In this document: positions 41,378 to 52,146 of the stretch, in pieces
Layout of the letters: each line of letters starts with the position of its first letter
How positions within the stretch are numbered: position 1 is the stretch's first letter
NCBI RefSeq assembly: GCF_037042905.1
Contig: NC_087245.1
Location: forward strand, 18,788,001 to 18,852,000
From: Lytechinus pictus
Lineage: Eukaryota
DNA: 64,000 nt
Direction of reading: 5' to 3'
The notes under the pieces: model-generated
Database searches by the model: none
What the model saw: the letters and a program-made list of their open reading frames with translations, nothing else
Told to the model about the DNA's origin: nothing
Program-made: the position numbers and the translations under genes

Positions 41378-41484
41378 TTATCAAATTATTAAGTTATTAT
41401 TGTCCAAGTTTGTCTGAAACATGAAAACATCTTACCTCCTGCAGCACCAGAAGTGTATACGAATTCTGGAGTGATTTCTTGCAT
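13794..41484 (-). CDS. SLC15A1/2: Proton-coupled oligopeptide transporter, PepT1/PepT2 type (POT/PTR family); about 748 aa with the 41.4-kb first exon or 773 aa with the 34.5-kb first exon
   Basis: 19 shared exons (2198 nt) join in frame. Motifs: [10 protein letters not shown] (ExxER), conserved His in [81 protein letters not shown]. Large extracellular domain typical of SLC15A1/2. The first exon is less certain. Confidence 0.93.
14662..14769 (-). CDS. SLC15A1/2: SLC15 exon ([21 protein letters not shown]...ESQ)
   Basis: 108 nt, conserved TM11. Confidence 0.95.
15340..15505 (+). mobile_element. Fossil Penelope-like element, GIY-YIG endonuclease C-terminal fragment
   Basis: [45 protein letters not shown] with one stop and one frameshift; fits the PLE pattern H-x-I-x-W...KRKxKE..I..LNRDxG. 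Confidence 0.7.
15666..15797 (-). CDS. SLC15A1/2: SLC15 exon (IHLAIH...QIPQY...GLEFSYSQ)
   Basis: 132 nt, conserved TM10. Confidence 0.95.
16020..16232 (+). mobile_element. 5'-truncated SINE related to the 3.5-kb copy
   Basis: Shared core GACCCAGGTGAGGTAAATGGGTACCTG..GGATT..ATTCCTTGAAT; tail GCGCTATATAAG. Confidence 0.7.
16294..16569 (-). mobile_element. Non-autonomous Helitron-like element
   Basis: Minus strand starts TCTTATTATATA and ends with a GC-rich segment plus CTAG|T; the 5' flank is G rather than the canonical A. Confidence 0.45.
16620..16743 (-). CDS. SLC15A1/2: SLC15 exon, extracellular domain (YNVYG...GGIY...HPDI)
   Basis: 124 nt, phase 2/0. Confidence 0.9.
17018..17155 (-). 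CDS. SLC15A1/2: SLC15 exon, extracellular domain (FGYFMST...IEPG)
   Basis: 138 nt, phase 2/2. Confidence 0.87.
17762..17808 (-). CDS. SLC15A1/2: SLC15 exon, extracellular domain ([15 protein letters not shown])
   Basis: 47 nt, phase 0/2, needed to reconcile the neighbouring phases. Confidence 0.85.
18433..18594 (-). CDS. SLC15A1/2: SLC15 exon, extracellular domain (GTKEIDF...LQAIQ)
   Basis: 162 nt, tag acceptor, gtgagt donor. Confidence 0.88.
19055..19171 (-). CDS. SLC15A1/2: SLC15 exon, extracellular domain (STEIKLP...DIGE)
   Basis: 117 nt, AG/GT, in frame. Confidence 0.88.
19410..19848. mobile_element. MITE (GGCCCGTATTCTGAAGTC TIR family) with internal duplication/inversion
   Basis: TIRs shared with 53107-53407. 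Confidence 0.7.
19976..20146 (-). CDS. SLC15A1/2: SLC15 exon (ALNPVFIL...VQLKID)
   Basis: 171 nt, phase 0/0. Confidence 0.95.
20479..20511 (-). CDS. SLC15A1/2: SLC15 33-nt micro-exon ([11 protein letters not shown])
   Basis: cag acceptor, gtaag donor; conserved PDQMQ. Confidence 0.93.
21624..21758 (-). CDS. SLC15A1/2: SLC15 exon (ASLIED...[19 protein letters not shown])
   Basis: 135 nt, phase 0/0. Confidence 0.95.
22899..22982 (-). CDS. SLC15A1/2: SLC15 exon (FAVKNRF...[11 protein letters not shown])
   Basis: 84 nt, HWLDWAxEKY motif of PepT1/2. Confidence 0.95.
23346..23428 (-). CDS. SLC15A1/2: SLC15 exon (IFVCGRYFY...KAMG)
   Basis: 83 nt, phase 1/0. Confidence 0.93.
24057..24225 (-). CDS. 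SLC15A1/2: SLC15 exon ([18 protein letters not shown]...MAVAI)
   Basis: 169 nt, FYxxINxG motif. Confidence 0.95.
25997..26096 (-). CDS. SLC15A1/2: SLC15 exon (VGPMIG...[21 protein letters not shown])
   Basis: 100 nt, phase 2/0, POT signature. Confidence 0.95.
26769..26861 (-). CDS. SLC15A1/2: SLC15 exon ([12 protein letters not shown]...NPE)
   Basis: 93 nt, phase 2/2. Confidence 0.93.
27845..27986 (-). CDS. SLC15A1/2: SLC15 exon (AILVLYL...ADGWLGKY)
   Basis: 142 nt, phase 1/2. Confidence 0.95.
28090..28440. repeat. Purine-rich (GAA-like) low-complexity tract
   Basis: Direct inspection. Confidence 0.8.
28721..28814 (-). CDS. SLC15A1/2: SLC15 exon (KFVTG...[12 protein letters not shown])
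   Basis: 94 nt, ExxER motif, AG/GT bounded. Confidence 0.95.
29117..29181 (-). CDS. SLC15A1/2: SLC15 exon ([21 protein letters not shown])
   Basis: tttcag acceptor, AAG|gtaact donor, 65 nt, phase 1/0. Confidence 0.8.
29576..30606. repeat. Local duplication (29576-29978 / 30178-30606) containing GAA-rich simple repeats
   Basis: Unique flanks are nearly identical; microsatellite cores have diverged. Confidence 0.85.
31413..31591. mobile_element. Fold-back MITE
   Basis: About 60-bp inverted arms containing TAAGTTAAGAGCGACTTTAAGAACGACTGGTGA; second copy at 40546-40881. Confidence 0.8.
34417..34540 (-). CDS. SLC15A1/2: Candidate alternative ATG exon B of SLC15 ([41 protein letters not shown])
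   Basis: Polypyrimidine tract plus tagcag acceptor directly before ATG; 124 nt open; CAG|gtactg donor, phase 1; GC content above flanks. Confidence 0.6.
36004..36577. mobile_element. Kolobok/T2-like MITE family 1
   Basis: Same left TIR after TTAA, decayed right TIR, homologous body. Confidence 0.82.
38205..38807. mobile_element. Kolobok/T2-like MITE, family-2 related
   Basis: TTAA flanks, AGGGGTACT..GCTGAAAAT TIR, body similar to 47140-47708. Confidence 0.78.
39347..39513 (-). mobile_element. Penelope-like/retrozyme-like short insertion with minimal hammerhead motif
   Basis: 13-bp TSD GTTCCTTAAATCA (39334-39346, 39514-39526); near-identical copy at 55592. Confidence 0.75.
39362..39400 (-). 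ncRNA. Minimal type I hammerhead ribozyme-like motif (U4C variant)
   Basis: GCCU-CCGACGA-A-GAUUCU-GCU-AGGAUC-GAAA-GC-UU-AGGC. Confidence 0.6.
39622..40212. mobile_element. Kolobok/T2-like MITE family 1
   Basis: GACAAGTCCACCCC ... GGGGTGGACTTGACCT, homologous body. Confidence 0.82.
40546..40881. mobile_element. Fold-back MITE interrupted by a hAT-like MITE (40621-40783)
   Basis: Insert flanked by 8-bp TSD GTAAATGG; arms match the 31.4-kb copy. Confidence 0.8.
41280..41400. repeat. (ATT)n degenerate microsatellite
   Basis: Direct inspection. Confidence 0.8.
41436..41484 (-). CDS. SLC15A1/2: Candidate first coding exon A of SLC15 ([16 protein letters not shown])
   Basis: ATG at 41484, strong GAG|gtaaga donor, phase 1 matches the acceptor at 29181; CpG/GC-box-rich sequence just upstream. 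Confidence 0.6.
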
Positions 41485-41574
41485 GCTCACAGTTGGGACA
41501 CAAAAAGGGCTTACAGTCACAGATTTCTAACTTGATTGATGTCTGTATTATTTGTAGTCGGATTGAAATATGTT

Positions 41575-41670
41575 CGAAACGCAGTCCAGCTCCTCTAGTC
41601 CGGGGATCCGCCCCGCCGGCAACGGCTCTCGCGTTCGTCTGATCACGAGCAGCTGCTAGCTGCTCGAGGA
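41575..41670 (-). promoter_or_regulatory. CpG-rich candidate promoter/5' region of SLC15 with GC box
   Basis: Local CpG cluster with CCGCCCCGCC (Sp1-type box) about 120 nt upstream of exon A ATG, in otherwise AT-rich DNA. Confidence 0.4.
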
Positions 41671-43862
41671 AAATTGGTCCCCAATCTCGTTATAAGACTG
41701 AATTTCCAGGTATCATTTCATACTTGTTTATGTCGATATCTGTGATAATCAATTGTTGGTCTTCATGGAGCCTGACAATAATGGAATAACAATTACGAGA
41801 AGAAACTGTATCAGCAATCATTGTCCTCGGCAAACATATGTTGCAGACGGGAAGCTCAGGAAACAAAAATCAACAGTCCGGATTTTCGCAGCACCCCCTC
41901 TCGTGACAATTGTTATCACAGTGTAACAGTGCGAGTGGAGATCATGACATAGAGATAAAACTACATGCCAGTATTTCGTTCATGAATCCGTGTTTATATT
42001 AAAAATATGATGTTTGGAAACAAAAATCGGATTTGACGAATTTTTCATTTCACACACATTTTTTCCGTATGATTATTGAGTATCATTACCGTACTCATTA
42101 TCCCACCATTTAAAACTTAAGCTCTAATATTGTTTATATTTATTATTATATATTGCCATTGTTGTGTGTGTTTGGTTGTTGTTTTGTGGAGTTATTCATT
42201 TATTAATTTACTTTTTATTCAAAAATGATTTTATATCATAATAATGCATAATTAGTTCACGCTCTGAAGACCCTTTTAACCTCTGGCCAGTAAAAACAAA
42301 ACATGCAATGAAACAAGTACGTCATCATTTCCGTGTGAGTTTTATGAATTCTTTATATCCCGTATAAGATGTTACTGAATGCAAGTCGATTAACACTTTC
42401 AAAAGTAATGTCGAAGCAGTTTCTATATTCAAAATAGGTTTTTTTAGTCATTTTATTTCTTGTAAAGTATAATAATATATTATGACAGTGGATACTGGTG
42501 TCATTGTTGTTATTCTTTCTATTATGAACCATTGATATTTGGAAAGAGCGCTATGTAAAAAGGTTTGATTACCTTTTTTATGAAGTAGGCCCTACCCCAT
42601 TTCATTTTCAAATTAAATTTTGTTTACGTTTTATTCCATATATTTTATTATATGATATTTTTTACTGGAGAATTAAAGAAATACAAATGCAAACTATCCT
42701 CCTTCGCTCCTTGTTTTTCAAAGTATGATTTTGCTTCGGTGTTGAAAAGGGGAATTCCTACTTTAATTGAAAAGATAATTGAGTTTCAAAGTAGAGCTCA
42801 AGTGCTGACCTTGGCGTTCGTGTCCTACCTTATAAAGATGACTCGCCATTTCTTCCTTCAGCGATATATATTACTCGTGTCTTAATTGTTCTGAAAGCCC
42901 AAATACCGTATGTGTATATAACGATTCGAAAGAGTGCGATGAATTAAGGATTATGGATTAGGTTATAAGTTTGTGTTTGGATTGACGCGTAGATTTCCAT
43001 CAATCATTATTGTCATAAGAGAATAAGATGAAATGAATGTCTGCATTCAAATTGGATTCGTTATCATAGTCACGATCCAATTTAAAGGGCAAGTCCACCC
43101 CAACAAAAAGTTGATTTGAATAAAAAGAGAAAAATCCAACAAGCAAAACACTGAAAATTTCATCCAAATTGGATGTAAAATAAGAAAGTTATGACATTTT
43201 AAAGTTTCGCTTAATTTCACAAAACAGTTATATGCACATCCTGATCGGTATGCAAATGAGGAGACTATGACGTCATCCACTCACTATTTCTTTTGTATTT
43301 TATTATGCCAAATGTGAAATATTCTAATTTTCTCCTCATTGGCAAGTGATACAACGATTAATTCCTCCCTGAACAAGCAGCGGCGTAACAGGGGTCGGTG
43401 GCCAGGGGCCCGGGGGTGGGGGGGGGGGCAAGAGCAAAAAATTTCCCGGTCATATCATGGCATGAACAGGCGTAATGGTGTAATGAGGCGACGATTTTGA
43501 GAGGGCCAGATATTGCGCATCGTGCAGAATTTATCTTTAAAAAAAAAGTTGCGAGCGAGCAAAAATTTTGACATTTTTAATACAAAAATCCAATTTTGTG
43601 ATAGATTTTGACATGATATCCATAGAATGATATATTTCATTCTTCTCTCTTTCCATTCCTTTTTTTCTGGTCTGTACTCCACTGTGAACAAGATTCTTTG
43701 CGGCAGTAGCGTGAAGAGTATAAAAAACGAGGGGCACAGTATGGCGCATGTGCTAAACAGCTGCTTAATATAAGTCCCGAGCGAGCGAAGCGAGCGAGAA
43801 AAAAAACTTTTCATGAGAATCTAACTTAATTTGAGATACTTTTTGACATTATATTCAGTTAA

Positions 43863-45335
43863 CACTGGCGTAAATCCCGGGGGGGATGGGGGGGATATAT
43901 CCCCCCCACTTTTCGAGGAGGGGGGGATGGCCTGTACAAACATCCCCCCCACTTTTTACGAAAGAAATAAAAAAAAAATCACAAGAGATAATTGTTTTAT
44001 TGGTGAAAATTCTTCCTAAAATACCGCTTAACAAATAAAACAATATTATTGAATCATAAAATGCAAATAAAGAGCCAGTTCACCATTTCCAAACGAAATA
44101 CTTATGTCCTTATTATAACATTGAAGAGAAATCCCCGTTTCTTCCAATTCATCAATGTTGGTGTCTTTGGGAAGGGATTACGATGGAATGTCAAAATTTT
44201 TTTAATGTAATCTCTAATAAAACCATTAAACCATCATGGGGTAAAAAAGATAATTAATATTGGAGGGGTATTTGCCATATATGGACATACAGTGGCGTAA
44301 CTACGGGGGGCATGGGGCACATCCCCCCCCCCCCCCCATCGGCTGACAAAAAAAAAACGGGGAAAGGGGGAAAGGAGAAAAAAGGGAGAAAGGAAGAGAA
44401 ACGTAGTGGGAAAGAAGAAAATATTCATTATAATGTTATATTATATTATAATTATGTTATGTTACATTACAACTTTATGAAACATAATTTGCCCAGGGCC
44501 TACGTCTTTTTTTATTGTTCCTGGTGCTCGCATTGTCTGTTTAACGAGATATATAATCCTGTTGTACTAAAACATCCCGTTTTCAAGTCAATATAAACCA
44601 AATATATTTCCTAGCACTTGAGTTATCATTGTTTTATGTAGTGACATATGCTTCTTATTCATGACTCACAAGTGATTGCCCCATGTTAAGGTCTTCTTAT
44701 ATATGAAACATTTCCTGTACGTGATAACATTCGCACTAGTGGATTGGTGAGATATGTCTGCTCTTCATGAATTCCTAAAATCAGTCCTTAAAATGTCCCT
44801 TCTGATCTGAATATCAAAAATTTTCAGCTCGCGCTTCGCGCTCGCATCATTTGGTTAATAAAATACGTATGGTCCTAGTTAATTCCTACAAAGAAACCTT
44901 AGAATGCCCCACTTCAGGTCTGAATTATCTAAGTTTTCAGCTCGCGCTTCGCGCGCGCATTGTTTAGCGAGACAGGTACCTATCATGATTACACAAATTT
45001 GATTATATTGTCCCTTTTTTAGGTGTGAATATAAAAAATTTCAACTCGCGCTTCGCGCTCGCATTATTTGATCAGTGAGATACATATCCGTTTAATGACA
45101 TTGTCCTTAAAATGTCTCTATTAGGTCAGTATAACTGGCAACTTAGCGCGCTTCGCGCACTCACTTAGTGATTCAAAAAATTTACTGGTGCCCCCCTCCC
45201 CAATGCCGTGACCCACGGTACGCCACTGTGGACATATCAATGACAATTCCTTGCATATCTAAAAACATGATTGCAAAAAAATGCCAAAATATTTCAGTCA
45301 TCCCCCCCATCCATCAACACGGATTTACGCCAGTG
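43863..45335. mobile_element. TIR element (nest level 3)
   Basis: Perfect TIR CACTGGCGTAAATCC / GGATTTACGCCAGTG; TSD not clean. Confidence 0.75.
44290..45228. mobile_element. hAT-like non-autonomous element (nest level 4)
   Basis: TIR CAGTGGCGTA / TACGCCACTG; perfect 8-bp TSD TGGACATA; internal GCTCGCGCTTCGCGC repeats. Confidence 0.88.
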
Positions 45336-46144
45336 TACTTAACTGTCCATCTTTCTTCCCGCTCTTTACTTTCAATCCTCGGCAGCCCGGTCGTGTTATT
45401 AAGTTGGGTTTTTTTCTTGTCCCATTTCTTTGTTTTCCAATTTACCTTTTGACTAATTCCATTCTACCTTCGTTTCCCGCTATTGCTTGCCACTTTGTCA
45501 TCTTTTGATTTATTTCCAATCATGCTATTGCATTAAGTATTTAGGCCTATTTCGGAATGATTTGTTCTTTCTCAAATGTTCTTCTAATTCCGTTCCTTTT
45601 CCCGCTTAATTCCTTCCTTTTTTCATTAAAATATGTATATATTCTTCGTTTTCTTTTCACTTTCCCCTTTCCCTGTCCTTTTCCTCCTTTTCCTTTTCTT
45701 CTTTCCTTCCCCTTTCCCTTTCTTTCTTTCTCCCTCCTTTTTTTTTCTTTTTCCCGTTTTTTTTAAATTTCCCGGTGAAATCCGCCAGGGGGGCAGCTTG
45801 CCCCCCCTGCCCCCCGCCTGTTACGCCACTGTGAACAAGTGGCATTAGCATTGTTTAATACTATATGTTTCAGTCAAGTTGCTCCTTATTGTCAAATCTA
45901 TAAAAAATGAAATATTGTATAATTCAAACAAATAAAAAAAAGAAATAGTGAGTGATGGACATCATTGACTGACCCACCTAGTTGTGCTTATCACTAGCTG
46001 TTTTGTGAAAAATAAGCGAAACTTTAAAATGTCATAACTTTCTTATTTTACATCTGATTTTGATGAAATTTTCAGCACTATGCTAGTTTGATTTTTCTCT
46101 ATTTATTCACGTCAGCATTCTCCTGGGGTGGACTTGACCTTTAA

Positions 46145-47708
46145 AGGGATGGTCCAAGCTGGAGATATTTATACATTGCGTATATCAAAAAAAAATTTAC
46201 ACTTTGAAAAAGCCCTTGGAATCAAAATATATATACAACTTGTGGGTATATTTTTTACATATAATCGTGGGTTTGGGTCTCATCTATCCAATGAAAGTGA
46301 GTTTTGACAGAATGTTACACTACAGTGAGCACTGTCCATCTTTGTAAAGCTCGCAGAAATCTGTTTGCGCATGAAAATGCTCGTTTTCACGCTGCGAAAC
46401 ATTTCTCATACTTTTTCCTTGCACTTTAGTCAATTGAAATAAAACGGATATACATTCAAGCATTTTGTAACAATTTTGCCACCCAAATTGAAATTTCAAC
46501 ACTTAGTAAGCACAACCTTTTCCTTTTTTGCGCCAGCTAGATCTGAGGACATAACTGAATCTGAACAAAAGTTTATATCAGACATCTCCAGCATTGTTTT
46601 TGCAAAGTTTTTATCATTAAAAGTGTGTTCACATTTCGTTTTTCATTTAATACTTGTTTCTCCACACTTTTCCCAAGCTTGACAATGATTAACAAAATGA
46701 AAATCAAGCCTAAGCCATTTTATGTAAATAACAGCTCAGTGTAAAGCAAATATCGTCACGATGGCCTCGGTGTGTGTGGGAGTGGGGTGGGGCGCAATGC
46801 ACTCTTTGAAGTGTTTTGGGCAAGGAAACAAGTTAAAAAAGTAAAAGATATCTTCAAATCAAATTTACTAACTAATTTCCACGTGTTCTTAATGATAAAG
46901 GTCTACTTTTATTCGCGTAATTATTTCAAAGTTCTGCTTATGCGCAAATCACTTTTCACTAACTTTTCAAAAGTAAGTGGTGCTCACTCAAGCGGAAATA
47001 TTTTTCGATAGTTATATCGCCATTTGCTTAAATGGATCTGTACCAATGTTAAAATGTGGAAAAATCTTCAGGATATTACAAATGTATAATTTTACAGGGT
47101 TTTTTCTAAGTGTAAACTTTTTTTGGATACACACTGTTTTTCAATTAATAGAGCAGAGCAAAATGCTGAATATTTGATCAAAATCGGATAACAAATAACG
47201 AAGTTATCGAATTTTAAAGATTTGCACTTTTCCGGTGAAACAGTTCTAGGCATGTCTTCATGAATATTCATCAGGTGGGCTGATGATGTAATATCCAAAC
47301 TTGTTGTGTTTTTTTTGTTATATGAAATTAGGTTTATTCAAACATTTTCTACCAAGAACTAAAACAACTGGATTGACAACTGATTAAGTGCATTAGATAT
47401 TTATTGCCGCAACTTGTTTTATCGTAATGGAGACACATCATTTACACACGTATATATGAAAAAATGAAACAATTATGATTTCATGTAATAACATAAGAAA
47501 AGGAAAGTGGGGATATGACATCATCAGCCCACCTAATGAATATTCGTGACGATGTGCATATGACTGTTTTCACAAAATATTGATAAAATTAATAATTCAA
47601 TAACTTCGTTATTTTGTTATCCGATTTTGATGAAATTTTTGACATTTTGATCTGTGAATATTACTCTATTTTTTTTAGATATGAATATTTTCAGCCCGAA
47701 CCATCCCT
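46145..47708. mobile_element. Kolobok/T2-like MITE family 2, split by a Tc1-like element
   Basis: TTAA|AGGGATGGT...ACCATCCCT|TTAA; about 600 bp after removing the insert. Confidence 0.85.
46174..47136. mobile_element. Tc1/mariner-like non-autonomous element
   Basis: Decayed CAGTGCGTATC..AAAAGTTTACACTT TIRs; inverted homologue at 54448-55426. Confidence 0.82.
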
Positions 47709-49808
47709 TTAAAGAAAATTGTTATTTCATGCGTTTTTTGTTTTAGTTCATTCATTTGATTCTTCTTTGTAATTAACGCTTTAACAAAAGTAATTAAAAT
47801 GTGAACTAAAATTGAATTATTAACTATATACATGACAATTCTCTAACAGTTTTATGTTTTCTGAACAACTGGATGAAACTGGAACTTATATGCCATACAC
47901 ATGCAAAGAAAAAAAATCCTCATTACTTCAGAGAGAAGTTAGATAAAAGAAAGATCTTGATTATTATATTTGTTATACTGTTGTTACTTTTCAATATCAG
48001 CGCATTTAAATTGAAAATCATTATTTTTTAAGGCCACATTTTCCGTAAATTTTGCTGAGATAATAGTTTTTACAACATTATGAGGAGATGGTAATTGATT
48101 TTTCCCCATCAAGCATGATTTGGTTTCCTAAAATTCTCTTCTTTTTTTCAAAAATGAGTGGAGCTCTGAATAATTCAGATTTGGGTGATAATTTTCATTG
48201 CATGCTATATGTGATCAGACCTATAAATTATTTTAAGATTGTATACTGCCTTTATAGGCGATGTTTATGAGCTCGATTAATTGTGGCGTTGTCTGTTACA
48301 ACAAAATAATAGCTGCGGGTGCTTCCATTTTCCGAGACATTTAACATCATCAGTTATCAGCGCCACAAAGTACGCAAAACCTTCACTTAAACATTCAAGC
48401 AAGGACACTTCAGCCAGCACTTTAGAATATAATATTGGCAGATGCTTTTAACAACAAATAATCGTTTAACATTGCATAAACACACGGAGAACGCGCCGGC
48501 CCGGCCGTTGAATGTGCCATTTTTTCTCTAGCTTTTGTGATTATAGAAGGATAAAATGTTTTCACTAAAAATTTCGTTTGTTTTGTTTGAAATTAATTAT
48601 TTTCATATTGGACGGATTTGAAAATCAATGAAAAGATATAGTACACCCTAAGTGCCCACCATGTTTTGCACTAAATTTGATATCTATCATGTACAGATGG
48701 ATTTGAAAATCTGATACAAAACATACTGTTCTGGTTGTTGTTTTAATCATAATATATTTTCTTAAGTTTTACTTTATCATAACTTCAAAATCTAACTTAT
48801 TCAATCATCTTACGGATTGATTTGTAATCTAAAATTTTTAGTCTAAACATATTATAGAGCACATATATCATTAAATTTATATTTTGTTCCGAAAATTATA
48901 TTCCTTGACTTAACTCCTCCTTCTTCGTCCAGGTTTATACGTCTTCTAATTGTCTTGTTTTTAATCAATTTCCTTAACACGAAAAAGTACAGGCCTATAT
49001 GGATACATGGAGTTTTACTGCTATCTCATCAACCAATCCAAGCACATCATCACATTCACCGTCGAATAGTTATCTGAAAAGCTCACATTTCGCTCCATCA
49101 ACAGAGATACAGTATAAATAAGTTAACATAGTACTTTGAACGGGGTGCGAGTCACCGCAGAAGATCTTTCAATACTAAAGATAATGATTTGTGGTTCTTT
49201 TTCATCGTTTAAATTCGTACTAGAAATGGCTTCTGTGTTTGAGAAGGAAAGAAAAGTGTTTAAAAAACTTTATGTGGCAATGAAAAAAAAATCATAACTT
49301 ATATCTGGGCGCCTCCTTTTACTTTTTGATCTTTTTTAAAAAAGAGATCAATATCCCCATTCAGTTTATGAACGAATTCCATGACATTCGTCTTTCGTGG
49401 GTGTTAATGTATATAAGTCTAACTTGCATATTTTAACTAAATCAACTTGGAAGTTTTCTGCACCTCCTTATTATACCATGATTAGTATAGAGGCTACATC
49501 ATCAGCATAAAGAGACATTTTAAATTTGAGGTGCATGTTTATACTTTACACATTTGCACATGTCATTGATTAAAAAAATCAATGAGCCTAATATAGATCC
49601 ATGAGGACAAATTATATATGTTTCGCATTGGTTTGTTTATAAGTATTTTTACCAGATTTGAACATGAAATCATCTTTGATCACTTTTCGCTGGACGATTG
49701 CATATGTATTTATGTTATCTGACGGATGTCCTTATACGTATATACGTGAACATATTTTTATGAAATGTATGCCAATATGTGCTCACCTTACCCAAAAGAG
49801 TAGAACTA

Positions 49809-50097
49809 CACTGGCGTACCTAGGATTTTCCAGAAGGGGGGCAAATTTTTGGAGGATATTTCGTCCGCGAAAAAATTAGACGAGCAAAACAAAAAAAAAA
49901 GTTCTTCGACCCCCAAAATAGGATTTCTTACCACAAAAAAAATATTGACAAGGAAAAAAAAAAAAAAGGTCATCAGATTCAAAAGAGGATCAGTTGTGAC
50001 TCGTCAGGTGGGCAGGGATACGTCCCCTGCATGAGTTGTGACTCGTCAGGGGGGGGCAGTCTGCCCCCCTGCCCCCCCCCCCTTAGGTACGCTAGTG
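49809..50097. mobile_element. MITE with CACTGGCGTACCTA TIR
   Basis: CACTGGCGTACCTAGG ... CCTTAGGTACGCTAGTG. Confidence 0.7.
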
Positions 50098-51974
50098 GGA
50101 CTACTTATTTGAGATGCACAAAGGCTTAATAAGATTAGACCAAGTACCACAGGTGTCGATCCGTGACGTCATACTATTCAAGGATGGGTGAAACAATAGG
50201 CCATCCCCTTGAACAATAGATTCACAACACAAATCAACACCCGTGCCAAGTACAGACTCATGAGGGACTCCTTTATAAGACACAAAACAAAATCTTCCAA
50301 TCAGTGACAAATTACATTGACAATATAGAAACAAAGTGTAATTCTAATTAGAATTTTAGTCACTGAATCATTTTCACTGGTTTTGTGTGATCGATATTTC
50401 ATTGTATCCATTAAATGTACTTTGATTCGTTTCCATTATATTGCACTCTATACATCAATATGTTTCATCATCAATGAGGTAAAGTACCTTCTGTTTTCAT
50501 TATGAACACGAATTATTACAGGTTATCAAACCATCATTTCAAATCGCCATTCTGACACAGTAAAAAAATAAAAGAAAAGACCTTATACGGAAACCAAAGA
50601 ATGAACTTATCGATAATTCTTTTGTATTATCAATCACGACTGGTAGGGGGGAATAAAAGCTAGCAATACTGCTGCCATTGTTCTGCTGTCAAAATGACAA
50701 TACAATAGAAGCTTTCAATTTGAATCCCGCGAAGGGCACCATCAAGTATTGCACCGGTAAGTGCAGTAAATCCTTTCCTGAATAACCTCGATTACTTTGA
50801 AAATGAACACATCAGCAGAAAATTTGTAAAATACACAAGAACCAAATTAAATGTCAACATGTCAACATAACTGCGCAAGTTGTATTTCTATGACGACAGT
50901 GATCAGTTTGCATCAACCTGGCAACTATTGTAATTAATATCGCTAGCTGCAGGGGCGTCGATCCATTTTTCAGATTGGGGGGGGGGGGCAAAATCATGAA
51001 TCAACGTTCCAAAGGCGCTTGATCACACAAAACGAACAAACTCATTCACACACACACACACACATAGGCCTATATATATATATATATATATACTGTAAAA
51101 AAAACCATGATTTTACAGAAAAACAAAGAAGATTTTGCAAAAAGCAATAATAGAATCATTCTGTAAATTCATAAAACAGGATTTTTTCTGCAATTTAACA
51201 GAACAGGTCTGTTTAAAAAAGGGTGTTTTATTCAAGGAAATTTGTAAGGTTCCATACACCAAATACCAATTTCATGTAAGATTACGCAATCTGGTAAGAT
51301 TACAGGTGTTCTCGAGACTCTGCTGCAGGAACTTCTTTTATTTAAGGATAAATTTTCTAACAGTGTATATATGACTCATGAGAAAGAGACACATATCTCA
51401 CCAACAAATTAATGCGAGCGCGAAGCTCGAGCTGAATTTTTTTTTGTATACTGACCTGGAAACAGGAAAAAGGTACCTGTTTAGGACTGTTTGTAGTAAC
51501 TCATGAGGAGGATACATACAAAAAATAAACGCGAGTGCCGAAAACAAGCTGAAATGTTTTATATTCTGACCTGTAAACTTGATATTCTAAGCATTTTGGT
51601 ACCAATGATTAAGATGGGTATCTAAAAGAACAAAAGATGCGAGCGCGAAGCGCGAGCTGAAAATTTTGATATTTCGATCTGAAAAAAATTGACAGTTTAA
51701 TGGACGTTTTTAATAAAGAACAAGATATATATCCAACAAAAGATTATTGCAAATCGAAGCGGGAGTTCTTTTGAGGTTTAGAACTGAAAACGGGACATTC
51801 TATTCACCTATTTAATCATGAAAAGTATGGGTTTTTGCTACATAAATGATGCGAGCGCGAAGCGCGAGCTGAATTTTTTTATATTCCAATCTGAAAAGCG
51901 GACACTTTGAGCACGATTTGAAAAAAAGAACGAGTTGTGTATCTCAATCTCGCTTGCTGATTTCTGTGTAACAC

Positions 51975-52146
51975 CATAGGCGGCGGAAGCGGGGGGGGGG
52001 GGACGGGGGGGGACCTGTCCCCCCTAAATTTGAGGTGGGGGGACGATCCCCCCCCTTAAAAAAAAATTTATAACCTTTTTTTTTTTTTTTGCTTGTCAAA
52101 AAAATTTTGTGGTCCCCCCTAAATTGTGGGGCTTCCGCCGCCAATG
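51975..52146. mobile_element. hAT-like MITE
   Basis: CATAGGCGGCGGAAGC / GCTTCCGCCGCCAATG TIRs; perfect 8-bp TSD TGTAACAC. Confidence 0.85.

Larger units (their letters stand above)
43378..45831. mobile_element. hAT-like non-autonomous element (nest level 2)
   Basis: TIR CAGCGGCGTAACAGG / CCTGTTACGCCACTG; perfect 8-bp TSD TGAACAAG. Confidence 0.88.
43086..46140. mobile_element. Kolobok/T2-like MITE family 1 split by nested insertions
   Basis: TTAA TSDs at 43082-43085 and 46141-46144; halves 43086-43377 and 45840-46140 sum to 593 bp, close to intact copies. Confidence 0.88.
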
